Positions 1 through 9,778 of a DNA stretch of 64,000 bases are shown here, piece after piece. A model generated the notes under the pieces. It worked only from the letters and a program-made list of their open reading frames with translations, was not told the origin of the DNA and did no database searches. The number at the start of each line of letters is the position of its first letter. Positions within the stretch are counted from its first letter, which is position 1. A program made the position numbers and the translations under genes. The stretch is from positions 1 through 64,000 of the forward strand of contig NZ_JAIWHV010000015.1 in NCBI RefSeq assembly GCF_020177375.1, written 5' to 3'. Source of the DNA: Saliphagus infecundisoli (GTDB lineage Archaea > Halobacteriota > Halobacteria > Halobacteriales > Natrialbaceae).

Positions 1-552
1 GACGTATCTCTTGGTTCTGGGTCTATTTGCTCGCATCAGGTTGAGCTTGCGCAGTCTACACACCCCTTTCCAGTGCCCCTCGCAGTGGTCTCGCTCTCCC
101 CAGCTTTATCAACTCAGAACGCAACAGGTATTTCCCGTATTTCTCGTAAGAGTTCTCGGCGTGGTGGGGATTCTCATCTTCACACTCTGCAATTCACCGA
201 ACGACTCGCCTGTACTGCCGAGGAATACGGTATCTCGATAGAGGTTCGGTCGGAAGCGTGGACGAGTCAGGAGTGTCCACAGTGCGGTTCGACAGACCGA
301 ACGACACGGCATCAAGACACGCTCACCTGTCCGTGTGGGTTCGAAGGTCACGCCGACCTTACAGCGTCAGAAACGTTCCTGAAGCGGCATACAGAAAAAG
401 CAGTCAGGCCGATGGCACGGCCCGTGCGGTTCGAGTGGGACGACCACGAATGGTCGGGGAGACCACACCCTCACGAAAGTCCCGAAGAACAGCGCACAGA
501 CTCGAGTACCGTCCACCGCGACGGGAATGTTGCCTTCGAGGAATCGGCATAG
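1..552 (+). CDS. tnpB: IS200/IS605-family TnpB (OrfB) RNA-guided endonuclease, C-terminal fragment (5' end lies outside window)
   Basis: Frame is open from nt 1. C-terminal zinc finger SQECPQCG...CPCGF and tail [10 protein letters not shown] are typical of the TnpB RuvC-III/ZnF region. No tnpA is nearby. Confidence 0.75.
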   Translation, partial: DVSLGSGSICSHQVELAQSTHPFPVPLAVVSLSPALSTQNATGISRISRKSSRRGGDSHLHTLQFTERLACTAEEYGISIEVRSEAWTSQECPQCGSTDRTTRHQDTLTCPCGFEGHADLTASETFLKRHTEKAVRPMARPVRFEWDDHEWSGRPHPHESPEEQRTDSSTVHRDGNVAFEESA

Positions 553-569
553 CCGAGACTCCCACGGAG

Positions 570-595
570 GAAACCCCGTCGTGAACGACGGGGAG
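570..595 (+). mobile_element. Perfect 8-bp stem / 4-nt loop hairpin (CCCCGTCG-TGAA-CGACGGGG) about 20 nt after tnpB stop; candidate IS right-end subterminal hairpin / omega-RNA scaffold
   Basis: Seen directly in the sequence. Its position relative to the TnpB stop matches IS200/IS605 right-end architecture. Confidence 0.4.
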
Positions 596-733
596 GATGT
601 CATAGCCGGACGACCAACGCGGCCCTCGTCGTCGGGGGGAACGGCCGCCGCCGCGGGCGCCAGTGCGAGCGCCGCGAGCTGTGCCGGCGCCGGCGCGGCC
701 GGTGGCGGCGGTGGGACGTGCTGATACGGCTGA

Positions 734-1780
734 CTACGAGGACGGAGATCCGTCCTCGGGACCGGTGACCCCGGCGAGATAGCCGAAAAACGCCTTCTTG
801 CGGGCGGTGTTGGAGTCCCACCGGACCGGTAGTGACTGGTAGCCGTGCCAGTAGTCGTTGTGACCGGGATCGAAATACCCCCACGAGGCTCCCGACTCGA
901 TGGCGGCGTCCAGATTACTGACCGAGCCGAACCCGAAGTGGTCGTCCTCGTTAAACACGATCGGCAGGGGCTCGTAGGACGGCCGATCCCGTACCTCGGC
1001 GACCATCTCGCGGATCCGAGCCGGGTCATCGACGCCGTTGCCGTGCAACAGGACGACGTCCGAGGCGGCGACGACGTCGTCCGGTGGCACCGTTCCGCCA
1101 CTGAAACTCGTCCCGACCGGGTAGCTGAATCCATCCCGTTCGATGGTACGGACGCGCTCGATCAGCTCGGCGACCCGTCCGACGTCGATGACGTCGTGGT
1201 CGTAGTGGATATCGCACTCGTTGGCCACCTCGATCACGACGTTCGTGTATCCCTCGTCGAGGAGCCACTCGATGGCGTTGTCGACGGCGTTCGTTACCGC
1301 CGTCTCGTCTTCCAGCACGTCATCCTGGCCGAAGTAGAACAGCCCGAGGATCACGACCATGCCCAGCCGGTCCGCCCGGTCGAGCACCCGCCGCAACCGG
1401 CCGAGCCAGTCGGGTTTCAGGCTGCCGTCTGGCCGATAGGCCGAGACGATCCAGGGCTGGTCGCTCGAGTAGCCCTCCGGGCTGCCACACTGCAGATTGA
1501 TGGTGACCGCCCGCAGTCCGTGGGCGTACCACTCCGGCATCGCGGCCAGAAACTCGCCGACGTTTCGCTCGGGATCCCAGGTGTCCGTGTCCGGATACGC
1601 CCAGTTGTCGACCGTCTCCGGGTTCGCATCGTCGAACAGGGCCTGAATCATTCGAGAGTTGAACAGGCGACCCTCGATCGATCGTCCCTCGTGGGTCCGT
1701 CCCTCGTAGGTCGGCGCGTCGTTGATCGTGACCGTCTCGTCCTCGATCCCGACTCGCGTGTGGCGGCCAGATCCGAACAT
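734..1780 (-). CDS. glycoside hydrolase, GH5-like (cellulase-family fold)
   Basis: Internal Met start (MFGSGRH) chosen inside the 471-aa maximal ORF. Motifs VANECDI and GLFYFGQDD resemble the GH5 NEP region. High GC3. Confidence 0.55.
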   Translation of the reverse strand: MFGSGRHTRVGIEDETVTINDAPTYEGRTHEGRSIEGRLFNSRMIQALFDDANPETVDNWAYPDTDTWDPERNVGEFLAAMPEWYAHGLRAVTINLQCGSPEGYSSDQPWIVSAYRPDGSLKPDWLGRLRRVLDRADRLGMVVILGLFYFGQDDVLEDETAVTNAVDNAIEWLLDEGYTNVVIEVANECDIHYDHDVIDVGRVAELIERVRTIERDGFSYPVGTSFSGGTVPPDDVVAASDVVLLHGNGVDDPARIREMVAEVRDRPSYEPLPIVFNEDDHFGFGSVSNLDAAIESGASWGYFDPGHNDYWHGYQSLPVRWDSNTARKKAFFGYLAGVTGPEDGSPSS

Positions 1781-1994
1781 ACGTTCCGTCTCCCCGGGAC
1801 CGCTGTATAGTTGTGGTCGGCCCGAGCACGGACTCGCCACGAGCGTCTCGTCGACACGTGCGTGGTCGACGCGAGGGAAGGCACCGATGGGCGGAGAACC
1901 GGCCAGCATCGATCGCAGCGCTCGCCGGGCGGTTTCAGGCCGAGAAACTCCGCCAGCGGGTTTTCCCCGTCGTCCTCCCAATCGCGAACTGCCA

Positions 1995-2453
1995 ATGGAC
2001 GGAACTGATGACTCGACGCAGTGTGGAGTCGGCATCCGGGGCGTCGCGATGGCGATCGATACAGTCGTCTGGTTCCTGCTCTTCATCGCCGCCATCACCC
2101 TCGTCGGACTCATCGCCGGCCAGTCGGAAACCAGCGCGAACGGCGTCAATACGGAACTCGGCGGCAGCCTTGCCCTCGTGGCGCTGGTCCTCTGGCTCGG
2201 GTTGTCGGTCGGCTACCACACGCTCCTCGAGTGGCGCTTCGGCAAAACGATCGGCAAATATCTCGTCAGAGTCCGGGTGACGGCCAGCGACGGGTCGGCG
2301 CCGTCGTTGCGGGCGTCGTTTGTCCGGAACGTCCTGCGGCTCGTCGACTGGCTGCCCGCGTTCTACCTCGTGGGCATCGGGGCGCTCGTCCTCTCGGAGC
2401 AGCCGACGCGACTCGGCGACCGCCTCGGGAACACGCGCGTCGTCCGCCCGTAG
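1995..2453 (+). CDS. RDD family membrane protein
   Basis: Two TM segments flank an R..D..D-type motif (RLGDRLGNTRVV). Divergent from the GH gene. Start taken at MDGTDD. Confidence 0.6.
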   Translation: MDGTDDSTQCGVGIRGVAMAIDTVVWFLLFIAAITLVGLIAGQSETSANGVNTELGGSLALVALVLWLGLSVGYHTLLEWRFGKTIGKYLVRVRVTASDGSAPSLRASFVRNVLRLVDWLPAFYLVGIGALVLSEQPTRLGDRLGNTRVVRP

Positions 2454-2620
2454 CCGGCCGCGGGGAGTCGAGGAGTCCGGAGAGGCCGTCCGTCTCGTCG
2501 AGCCGATGGCTCTCGATCACGGCGAGGAGTGGGTCGGAGGAAGCGGACGCCTGCTCGTTTCTCTTTCCGGGCCAGTAACGTTGCCCCAACCGTTTTATAC
2601 ATGTCATCGAATGTTGGTGT

Positions 2621-2839
2621 ATGGGTTCCGAAGTCGGCGGCGAGCGAGGGTGTCCCAAGTGTGGCCACACGGAGACGGACGTCGGCGAGATCTCCACGAC
2701 CGGCGGCGGGCTCTCGAAGATGTTCGACGTTCAGACGAACAGCTTCGAGGTGGTGTCGTGTACGAACTGCGGGTATTCGGAACTGTACCGGAACGCCACG
2801 TCCGGGTCGAGCGATATCGTCGACGTCTTTCTCGGGTGA
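2621..2839 (+). CDS. zinc-ribbon domain protein (CPKCG ... CTNCGY)
   Basis: Two CxxC pairs. TATA-like TTTTATA about 28 nt upstream suggests a leaderless transcript. Confidence 0.6.
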   Translation: MGSEVGGERGCPKCGHTETDVGEISTTGGGLSKMFDVQTNSFEVVSCTNCGYSELYRNATSGSSDIVDVFLG

Positions 2840-3000
2840 TGGCGGGTGCAGTGTTGGTCCTGTTCGGCGCCGTCGCGATCATCGCGCCCCTCGGCCTGTA
2901 CCTGCTCGTCCGCGCCGAACACGACGACCGCGAGACGATGGGTCGCGAGGACGCCGAGCGCGTCGCGCGCAGGGACACGCCTGAGGACCAGTACGACTGA
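2839..3000 (+). CDS. small single-TM membrane protein, translationally coupled to zinc-ribbon gene
   Basis: Its ATG overlaps the TGA of the upstream gene (TGATG). Hydrophobic N-terminus MAGAVLVLFGAVAIIAPLGLYLLV, acidic tail. Confidence 0.45.
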   Translation: MAGAVLVLFGAVAIIAPLGLYLLVRAEHDDRETMGREDAERVARRDTPEDQYD

Positions 3001-3179
3001 GCGCGGAGGGCGACACACTGCGTACCGTGTGCTGAGACCGAGCGGGCGATTCTCGACACCGACATCCGGACGATCCGGAAGTGACCGGAGAGTCCGTCTG
3101 CTACCGTTTCAGAGAGGTCTCAGGAACAGGCCGTCGTTTAATGGAGTCCGGCTGTCTTGGTGTGATCGGAGGCCACTGA

Positions 3180-4838
3180 ATGCGCGAACTGCGGAACATC
3201 GAGGGGGTACATCCACGGGATCTCACGAACCGACAGCGACTGTTACTGGGGTTCGTGATCGGTCTCGTCTCGGTCGTCCTCGTGTTGTCGATCACCTACA
3301 ACTGGGGAATGAGAACGCTCGAGGACCGTCCCCAGTCCATTTTCCGATCGGTTCAGGTAGTGGTCCAGGCGTTGACGACGACGGGGTTCGGGGGGGATGC
3401 GGGCTGGACGTCGCCGGGGATGAACGTGTTGATGACGATAATTCAGGTGAGCGGTGTCGTCATCGGGTTCGTCACGCTGCGCGTCCTGATCATCCCCTTG
3501 TACGAACGAACGCCACTGAACCTTGACGATCGGCTCACGAGCAAGTCCGACCACGTCGTCATCGCGGAGTACCGGCGTGACACCGACCTCCTCCTTGAGG
3601 AACTCGAGGAGCTCGGCATCGACTACGCGCTCATCGAGTCGGACGAGGAGGAAGCCAAGCGCCTCTCGGACGACGGCTATCAGGCGATCAAGGGAGACCC
3701 CGAGGAGCGAGACGACCTCGATCGTGCGACGATCGAGCGAGCGTCGCTGCTCATCACCGACGCCGGCGACAACACCGCGAGCATCGTCCTGACCGCACTG
3801 GAAGCAAACGAGGACCTGCGCGTGATCAGTTTCACGGAGTCGACGCGCCGCGAGCGGGCGCTTGCGGAACTCGGCGTCGACCGAAGCATCCCTCCCCACG
3901 CGCTGATCGGCCGGCGGCTGGCGGAGAAAGCGACGCTCCCGGTCACGATCGACGAGCGGTCGGATGCGGACGATATCGACGTCCGTGAGATACTCGTCCG
4001 GCGGGATAGCCCGCTCCACGGCGCCAGGGTCGACGAGTCGCCGATCACGGCCCACCCGGATCTGACGCTGGTCGCCGGCTGGTTCGACGGCGAGTTGCGT
4101 CTCCCGCTCGCAGCCGACGACGAACTCACGCCGAACACGGTCCTGGTCGTCGCCGGACCCGAAAGCGAGATCGACGACGTGGCAAACGAGATCGCGGGCG
4201 GTCGCTCCCGGCGCATCGAGCGGTCCTCGACCGTCATCGTTGCCGGCTTCGGGGAAGGGGGCACCGCAGCCCTCGAGGCGCTTCCGGAAGACGTCTCGGT
4301 GACGACCATCGACGATTCGGCCGACCGGACGCCCGACATCGTCGGCGACGTGACCGAGCCCGAAACGCTTCACGACGCCGGTATCGAGGAGGCCTCGGCA
4401 CTCATCGTGACCGTCGACGACGACTCGACGGCCCTGCTGACGATCGCTATCGCCCGCTCGCTGTCGAGCGAGGTGGAGATCCTCGTGCGTGTAAACGACA
4501 CGGAGAAAGTGAGACCGGCGTTTCGAGCGGGTGCCGACTACGTCCTTGCCATTCAGCGAGTCTCGGCTCGACTGGTCGCGACGGAGGTCCACGGCGAACG
4601 AGTCATGGATCCGACGAGCCAGATCCGTCTCGTTCGGGCCGAGGGCGCTCCGTTCGCCGGGCAGCGACTGGAAGAGGCTCGCCGCAACACCGAGCGTGGA
4701 TGGACCGTGATCGGCCTCTCGCGCGGTGGCACCGTCCACACTGACGAGCGAACCACCATCGAGGCCGACGACGACGTGTTCGTTGCGGGCAGCGACGCGG
4801 CGATCCAGGAGTTCGAGCGAACGGTCGACACTCCTTGA
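3180..4838 (+). CDS. potassium channel protein with two RCK/TrkA domains (MthK-like)
   Basis: Two TM helices plus pore loop TTTGFGG, followed by two Rossmann-like RCK domains (VIAEYRRD..., VIVAGFGEGG...). Confidence 0.8.
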   Translation: MRELRNIEGVHPRDLTNRQRLLLGFVIGLVSVVLVLSITYNWGMRTLEDRPQSIFRSVQVVVQALTTTGFGGDAGWTSPGMNVLMTIIQVSGVVIGFVTLRVLIIPLYERTPLNLDDRLTSKSDHVVIAEYRRDTDLLLEELEELGIDYALIESDEEEAKRLSDDGYQAIKGDPEERDDLDRATIERASLLITDAGDNTASIVLTALEANEDLRVISFTESTRRERALAELGVDRSIPPHALIGRRLAEKATLPVTIDERSDADDIDVREILVRRDSPLHGARVDESPITAHPDLTLVAGWFDGELRLPLAADDELTPNTVLVVAGPESEIDDVANEIAGGRSRRIERSSTVIVAGFGEGGTAALEALPEDVSVTTIDDSADRTPDIVGDVTEPETLHDAGIEEASALIVTVDDDSTALLTIAIARSLSSEVEILVRVNDTEKVRPAFRAGADYVLAIQRVSARLVATEVHGERVMDPTSQIRLVRAEGAPFAGQRLEEARRNTERGWTVIGLSRGGTVHTDERTTIEADDDVFVAGSDAAIQEFERTVDTP

Positions 4839-4922
4839 TCCGAGACCGGACGGCTTCGGCGCGAGAGACGGGTCGCCGGCACGTACAGGCACCACGTTCT
4901 CCCCGCCGACTCCCGAACCATC

Positions 4923-5165
4923 GTGTGGATGACTCCGTCCGACACGGGAGATCGCGCCGAGGCGCACGTGCTGATGGAGTGGTCGTTGTGGGACCAGCGG
5001 GACGACGAGCTGACCGGTCGCCGCGTCAGGGTCGTCCCCCACGATGGTCCCCAGGGAGCGTGGAAGGCGATCCTCGAAATGCAACCCCACGCCGAGTGCT
5101 GGGTCGAGCGGGCCACGATCGGGTACGGGGACTCGATGGAGGAGTTCGTGGTCGACGATCCCTAG
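4923..5165 (+). CDS. hypothetical small acidic protein
   Basis: 80-aa ORF with high GC3 and a haloarchaeal-type acidic composition. No recognisable domain. Confidence 0.35.
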   Translation: MWMTPSDTGDRAEAHVLMEWSLWDQRDDELTGRRVRVVPHDGPQGAWKAILEMQPHAECWVERATIGYGDSMEEFVVDDP

Positions 5166-5272
5166 AGAGCGGTTTCACACCGCACGGACAGCGAGTCCCC
5201 CTTCGGGTCGGCGGGGTTCTCGTGGCCCTCCGCCGTCTCCCGGGAGAACGAAACGCGAGCGGGGCAGTGTCG

Positions 5273-5965
5273 TCAGCGAGCCGCCCGTTCAGTCGTGGCG
5301 CCGCCCCGGCCGGCCTCGCCGATCTGCTCGCTGGCGAGGACCTTGTTCGCTCGCCGGAGGCGCTCGGAGAGCGCCTGATGGGAGATCCCGAGTCCGGCAG
5401 CGAGGTCCTCCAGCGAGATCCGGCGGGGAACGTCGTAGTAGCCCCGCTCGTAGGCCTCGTTGATCGCCTCCTCCTGGGCGTCGGTAAGCGCCGCGGTCGC
5501 ATCCAGGTCGGCGTTGCGGCCCGCCTCGACCATCCGTCTGACGTCGACGGTGATCCCCTGCTCCTCGAGTTCGCCCACGGCCGCAGAGAGGCGGTCCCGC
5601 TCGGGGAACAGGAGGCGGACCGTCCAGTTGCTGGCCGAACACTGCGCGTCGAGGATCGTCCCGTCGTTCGAGACGATCGCCGAGTACAGCTCACCGATCC
5701 CCGAAGCGTACTCGACCCGGTAGAGCCACTCGCCGTCGTCTCCCTCGGCCAGAAGGCAGTCGAACCGCTCGACCGACGGATCGCCCGAGAGGGCGCCCTC
5801 GATCTCGGCTTTGGGCTCGCCGGCGATCCAGACCAGCGGCATCGTCTGCTTTGGTCCCTCGGCGACGACGCTTTTGATCCGCATCTCGAGGTCGGGCAGG
5901 GCCTCGAACGTCTCTGCGAGCGCGACGTCGCCGGAGGTAAGGGCGAGTTCGGTGACGGTCGTCAC
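5273..5965 (-). CDS. Bat-like (bacterio-opsin activator type) HTH-10 transcriptional regulator
   Basis: C-terminal HTH_10 motif LTDAQEEAINEAYERGYYDVPRRISLEDLAAGLGISHQALSERLRRA. N-terminal sensor-like domain. Confidence 0.75.
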   Translation of the reverse strand: MTTVTELALTSGDVALAETFEALPDLEMRIKSVVAEGPKQTMPLVWIAGEPKAEIEGALSGDPSVERFDCLLAEGDDGEWLYRVEYASGIGELYSAIVSNDGTILDAQCSASNWTVRLLFPERDRLSAAVGELEEQGITVDVRRMVEAGRNADLDATAALTDAQEEAINEAYERGYYDVPRRISLEDLAAGLGISHQALSERLRRANKVLASEQIGEAGRGGATTERAAR

Positions 5966-6422
5966 GCCGTCTCACCCCGGGTTCGGAGCGGCCGATACGC
6001 GAGCGACACGCCGTGACTGCCGGCTAGTTGGGTATGAGTCATGGGGAAAGCGGATAGGTGCCGGGCCGACACCGCGTGGCCACCCGGATCGATCCTGTCT
6101 TTCGATACACCACCCGCTCGGTTGCCTTGTGGCCTTGACTTGTCCGACAGTTTACGTCGGGTCCGATAGTCTGCATCGGGGACACCGAGACCCCGCCGCT
6201 CTCGGATCCGAACGGTAGCGTCGACGACACGCCAGAAACCGGAGCGTGGCTGAAACGGGATGGAACGGGCACCACGACGCCTGGACGTACCGAAAGCGGC
6301 GGAGTCGACGGTGAGACGCCGGACCAGCTCCCGACGCACGGTCCACACGCCCCAGCCAGCGCCGAGGGTCGACCCCATCGCGAACACCGGTCGTCCGCGG
6401 TGCCGGACGCCCGCCGTCCCGG

Positions 6423-7532
6423 CTACTCGCCGTCGCGAGAGGCCGCGTCGGCGGGGCCGGTCGGTCCGGGCGCGTCCACGCCCTCCTTGACCGCCTGGGC
6501 CTGTTGTTCGAGTTCCTCTAGGTCCATCTCGGCTTCCGCGTCGATCTCGCCGATGATCTCGGCGATGTCGTCGAGCCCGATCAGCTCGCGGGTCTCCGCG
6601 TCGAACTCGAGGCTCTCCAGACTTCCGTCGCCCTCCGCGACGTCGCTACCGGTGAGGTGTTTGCCGTAGCGCCCGACCATCGAGGTCAGCTCCTGGGGCA
6701 GGACGAACGTCGTCGATTCCGACCGGCCGATCTCCCGCAAGGTGTCCATCCCCTGGTCGATGATCGCGCGCTCGCCCATCGATTCGGCGGATTTGGCCCG
6801 GAGAACGGTCGAGATCGCATCCCCCTGGGCCTCTAAGATCTGGCTCTGTTTTTCACCCTGGGCGCGGATGATGTTCGACTGCTTGTTCCCCTCGGCGCGC
6901 TCGACGGCGCTGCGGCGTTCGCCCTGGGCCTCAAGGATCGTCGCGCGCCGACTCCGCTCGGCGGAGGTCTGTCGTTCCATCGCACGCGTGACCTCCTGGG
7001 AGGGGGTGACCTCCCGGACCTCGACGGCCTCGACCCGGATGCCCCACTCGTCGGTCGGCTCGTCGAGTTCCTTGCGAATTCGGGCGTTTATGTGCCCGCG
7101 CCGGCTGAGCGTCTCGTCGAGCTCCATGTCGCCGAGCACCGCACGAAGGGTCGTCTGTGCAAGGTTCGACACCGCGCGCTTGTAGTCGTCAACCTCGAGA
7201 AACGCCCGTTTGGCGTCCATGACCCGGATATAGATGACGGCGTCGGCGGTGACCGGCGAGTTGTCCCGCGTGATCGCCTCCTGGCTCGGGACGTCGAGCG
7301 TCTGGGTCCGGACGTCGAAGCGGTGGACCGTCGAGACGAACGGCGGCACGACGTTCAGGCCCGGCTCGAGGAGCTTGCGGTACTCCCCGAAGACGGTGAG
7401 CGCACCGCGCTCGTAGGCGTCGACGAACGTCACCGTCTGCCAGACGGTGATGACAGCGAGGAGGAGGACGAGCGTGCCGACGCCGACGGCCAACTCCGCA
7501 CTCTGTAACGGAAGGGGTATCACGTCAATCAT
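6423..7532 (-). CDS. SPFH / band-7 (stomatin-prohibitin-HflK/C) family membrane protein
   Basis: N-terminal TM segment, SPFH core, coiled-coil with EAQGE repeats, acidic tail. Confidence 0.85.
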   Translation of the reverse strand: MIDVIPLPLQSAELAVGVGTLVLLLAVITVWQTVTFVDAYERGALTVFGEYRKLLEPGLNVVPPFVSTVHRFDVRTQTLDVPSQEAITRDNSPVTADAVIYIRVMDAKRAFLEVDDYKRAVSNLAQTTLRAVLGDMELDETLSRRGHINARIRKELDEPTDEWGIRVEAVEVREVTPSQEVTRAMERQTSAERSRRATILEAQGERRSAVERAEGNKQSNIIRAQGEKQSQILEAQGDAISTVLRAKSAESMGERAIIDQGMDTLREIGRSESTTFVLPQELTSMVGRYGKHLTGSDVAEGDGSLESLEFDAETRELIGLDDIAEIIGEIDAEAEMDLEELEQQAQAVKEGVDAPGPTGPADAASRDGE

Positions 7533-7851
7533 TACCGCTAAAGAAAGGTCTCAGATAGATAACTCTTCGCCCCGTCTCGGGACCGGGACGCGGATTGGCT
7601 GAATCGAGGTGCTAAGCCCCCTTCCTCAGCGAGCGCCGACCGAACGGGAGGCGCGAGTAGGGCGGGGTAGTTCACATCTCGCGTGGGCGCTCGCGAGTAG
7701 ACGACTGCCGGGCGCGAGGCAGGCCTCCGTGGCCAGCCGGCGACGCTGACCGTGAGGACACCACCAAGAGCAGCCGATGAGCCTTCTTCGACAGAACCGG
7801 GCACAACTATCGTTATATTGTGTGGGAACGTACAGTGTTCGAGGGATACCA

Positions 7852-8418
7852 ATGGGAACCGATCCAAACGATTCAATCGATAGCGAGGACGACTCGCTCA
7901 ATGACGACGACCCGATCGATGACGACGACGATCTCGAGGTCGAGACCGGCGGGTTCACGGACACCGGCGAGAGTGATTTCACCGAGTCCGGGGATGACCC
8001 GACCCGGGAGCGCTCGACGGTCGTCGGCACTGAAACCGGCCTAGACGAGAACGTGGCCGGGGCACTGAGCTATCTGCTCGGGCCCCTGACCGGGATCCTG
8101 TTTTACGTCTTGGAAGACGAGAACCCGTTCGTACGGTTTCACGCCGCCCAGAGCACGATCCTGTTCGGCGGCCTATTTGTGGTCGGGATCGTCCTCTCGA
8201 TGACGACCGCGGTGTTCGCGATCATTCCGGTGCTCGGGTGGCTGATCTCGGCGGTCCTCGGGCTCGCCCTGCTCTTGATTACGCCCCTTGGATTCGTCGT
8301 GTGGCTGTTCCTGATGTACAATGCCTACACCGGAAACGAGTACGAAGTGCCATACGTGGGGCCGTACGCCCGGCGATACGCCCCCAGCGAAGCGGATCCC
8401 CTCGAGTCGGAGTTCTAG
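7852..8418 (+). CDS. DUF4870 (Yip1-like) membrane protein with acidic N-terminal region
   Basis: Motif ALSYLLGPLTGILFYVLEDENPFVRFHAAQS plus TM segments. Start set at MGTDPND. Confidence 0.65.
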   Translation: MGTDPNDSIDSEDDSLNDDDPIDDDDDLEVETGGFTDTGESDFTESGDDPTRERSTVVGTETGLDENVAGALSYLLGPLTGILFYVLEDENPFVRFHAAQSTILFGGLFVVGIVLSMTTAVFAIIPVLGWLISAVLGLALLLITPLGFVVWLFLMYNAYTGNEYEVPYVGPYARRYAPSEADPLESEF

Positions 8419-8432
8419 GGAAAGGGCTTGGC

Positions 8433-8449
8433 GGCCCCGAGACGGGGCC
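8433..8449. terminator. GC hairpin GGCCCCG-AGA-CGGGGCC between convergent genes, followed by a T-run
   Basis: Seen in sequence between the DUF4870 3' end and the DUF1611 3' end. Confidence 0.35.
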
Positions 8450-8518
8450 GAAAGGCGCTCGATTTAAGCAGCCGATCGATTCTCCGGACCGGACGAGAGC
8501 GGATCGTCGGTCCGGACC

Positions 8519-9559
8519 TCACTCGAGGGCGTCCAGCAGGGGTTCCGGACCGTAGCGGATGACGTCGGTGGCCGGCGCGCCGATCCGGTCTGCGTACTCC
8601 GCGACGGCGGTTCGGGCGGCGGCCTCCTCGTCGATGTCGGAGGTGTCGAGGGCGCCCCCGAGGACCTCGGTCGGGCTAATGGGGTCGGCGATCGAAGTAT
8701 ACCACTCGACGTACCGATCGGCCGCGGGCAGCGGAACCGGCTCGAAGTTGTGATAACTCTCCCTGGTCGCGTCGTGACAGAGCACGAGATAGTCGGGTCT
8801 GGCTCCGTGGAGCAGGGCGATCGAGTCCGCGGCAAAGGCCGGATGGACGATCGACGCCTGGCCCTCGACGACGAGAAGGTCGTGGTCCGCACCGATCTCG
8901 ACCACCAGTTGTTCGGCCGCGCCGGCGGCGAAATCGGCCTGGACGCGGTCGATGGCGATCCCACGGCCGGTGATCGCGATCCCGGTCTGGCCGGTCGCGA
9001 CGACGCCGGTCGAGATCCCTCGCTCGCGGGCGGCGGCGGCGAGTTCCATCGTCGTCGTCATCTTGCCGACCGCACAGTCGGTGCCGACGGTGAGGACGAC
9101 CGTCGCATCGACCTCCTCGGCGATCCCGCTCGCGACCGGGAGCTCCGAGGGAGGTTCTCTGAGTTCGTGGATCGTCGCGTCGTACTCGGCCGCGAGGGCC
9201 GCGAACTCCGGGTCCTCGCTCAACTGGTCGTGCAGCCCGGAGACGACGTCACAGCCGCGCTCGAGCGCCCGCACGATGTCGGCGCGCCACCGGTCGTCGA
9301 TCCCGCCGCCGACCGGCGCGACGCCGATCAACAGCGCGTCTACGGGCTCGGCGACGTCGTCCATCGTCGCCCGAATCGGCGCGTCCGGAAGGTCGGGAAA
9401 CGACTCGCGGGTCCGAGAGCCGGCGTGGTCGTGGGCGAGGACGGCCGCGATCTCGTAGTCGCCGTAGCGCATCACCCCCTCCATCGTCTTGCCGTTGTCG
9501 GGGTAGCCGCCGTGTGCGAGGATCGCTATCCGATCGCCGAATCGCGAGGCTGGGGCCAT
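8519..9559 (-). CDS. DUF1611 domain protein (Rossmann-like, unknown function)
   Basis: Architecture and length match PF07755-type proteins. Start set at MAPASRF. Confidence 0.65.
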   Translation of the reverse strand: MAPASRFGDRIAILAHGGYPDNGKTMEGVMRYGDYEIAAVLAHDHAGSRTRESFPDLPDAPIRATMDDVAEPVDALLIGVAPVGGGIDDRWRADIVRALERGCDVVSGLHDQLSEDPEFAALAAEYDATIHELREPPSELPVASGIAEEVDATVVLTVGTDCAVGKMTTTMELAAAARERGISTGVVATGQTGIAITGRGIAIDRVQADFAAGAAEQLVVEIGADHDLLVVEGQASIVHPAFAADSIALLHGARPDYLVLCHDATRESYHNFEPVPLPAADRYVEWYTSIADPISPTEVLGGALDTSDIDEEAAARTAVAEYADRIGAPATDVIRYGPEPLLDALE

Positions 9560-9778
9560 AGCGGACACTCGCCGCGCCCGCATGTCAGTGTTGTCCGGGC
9601 GTCGGCCGGTCGGAGGGTGCGAGCGGCCGTCGGCGCGTCCCCGCGGCGTCGGCGAGGGCTTGCCTGCGAAGCGCGAACGCTATTGTTCACGGACGTCCAT
9701 TGACGAGATCATGGACGAGTTCTTGGGAGAGTGCCCACCGGTGGTCGCCATCGGTCGTCAGCGCACGGAGCGACCCCG

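Noticed and set aside
527-724. Ala/Gly-rich 65-aa ORF in the GC-rich tract after tnpB
   Set aside because: Low-complexity translation of a GCC/GCG-rich tract. No start context.
845-1810. 321-aa plus-strand ORF
   Set aside because: Antisense to the GH5-like gene, with a low-complexity Val/Asp/Arg composition.
3243-5090. 615-aa ORF on the minus strand
   Set aside because: It is the exact antisense of the potassium channel gene, Arg-rich with no domain. A mirror ORF typical of high-GC DNA.
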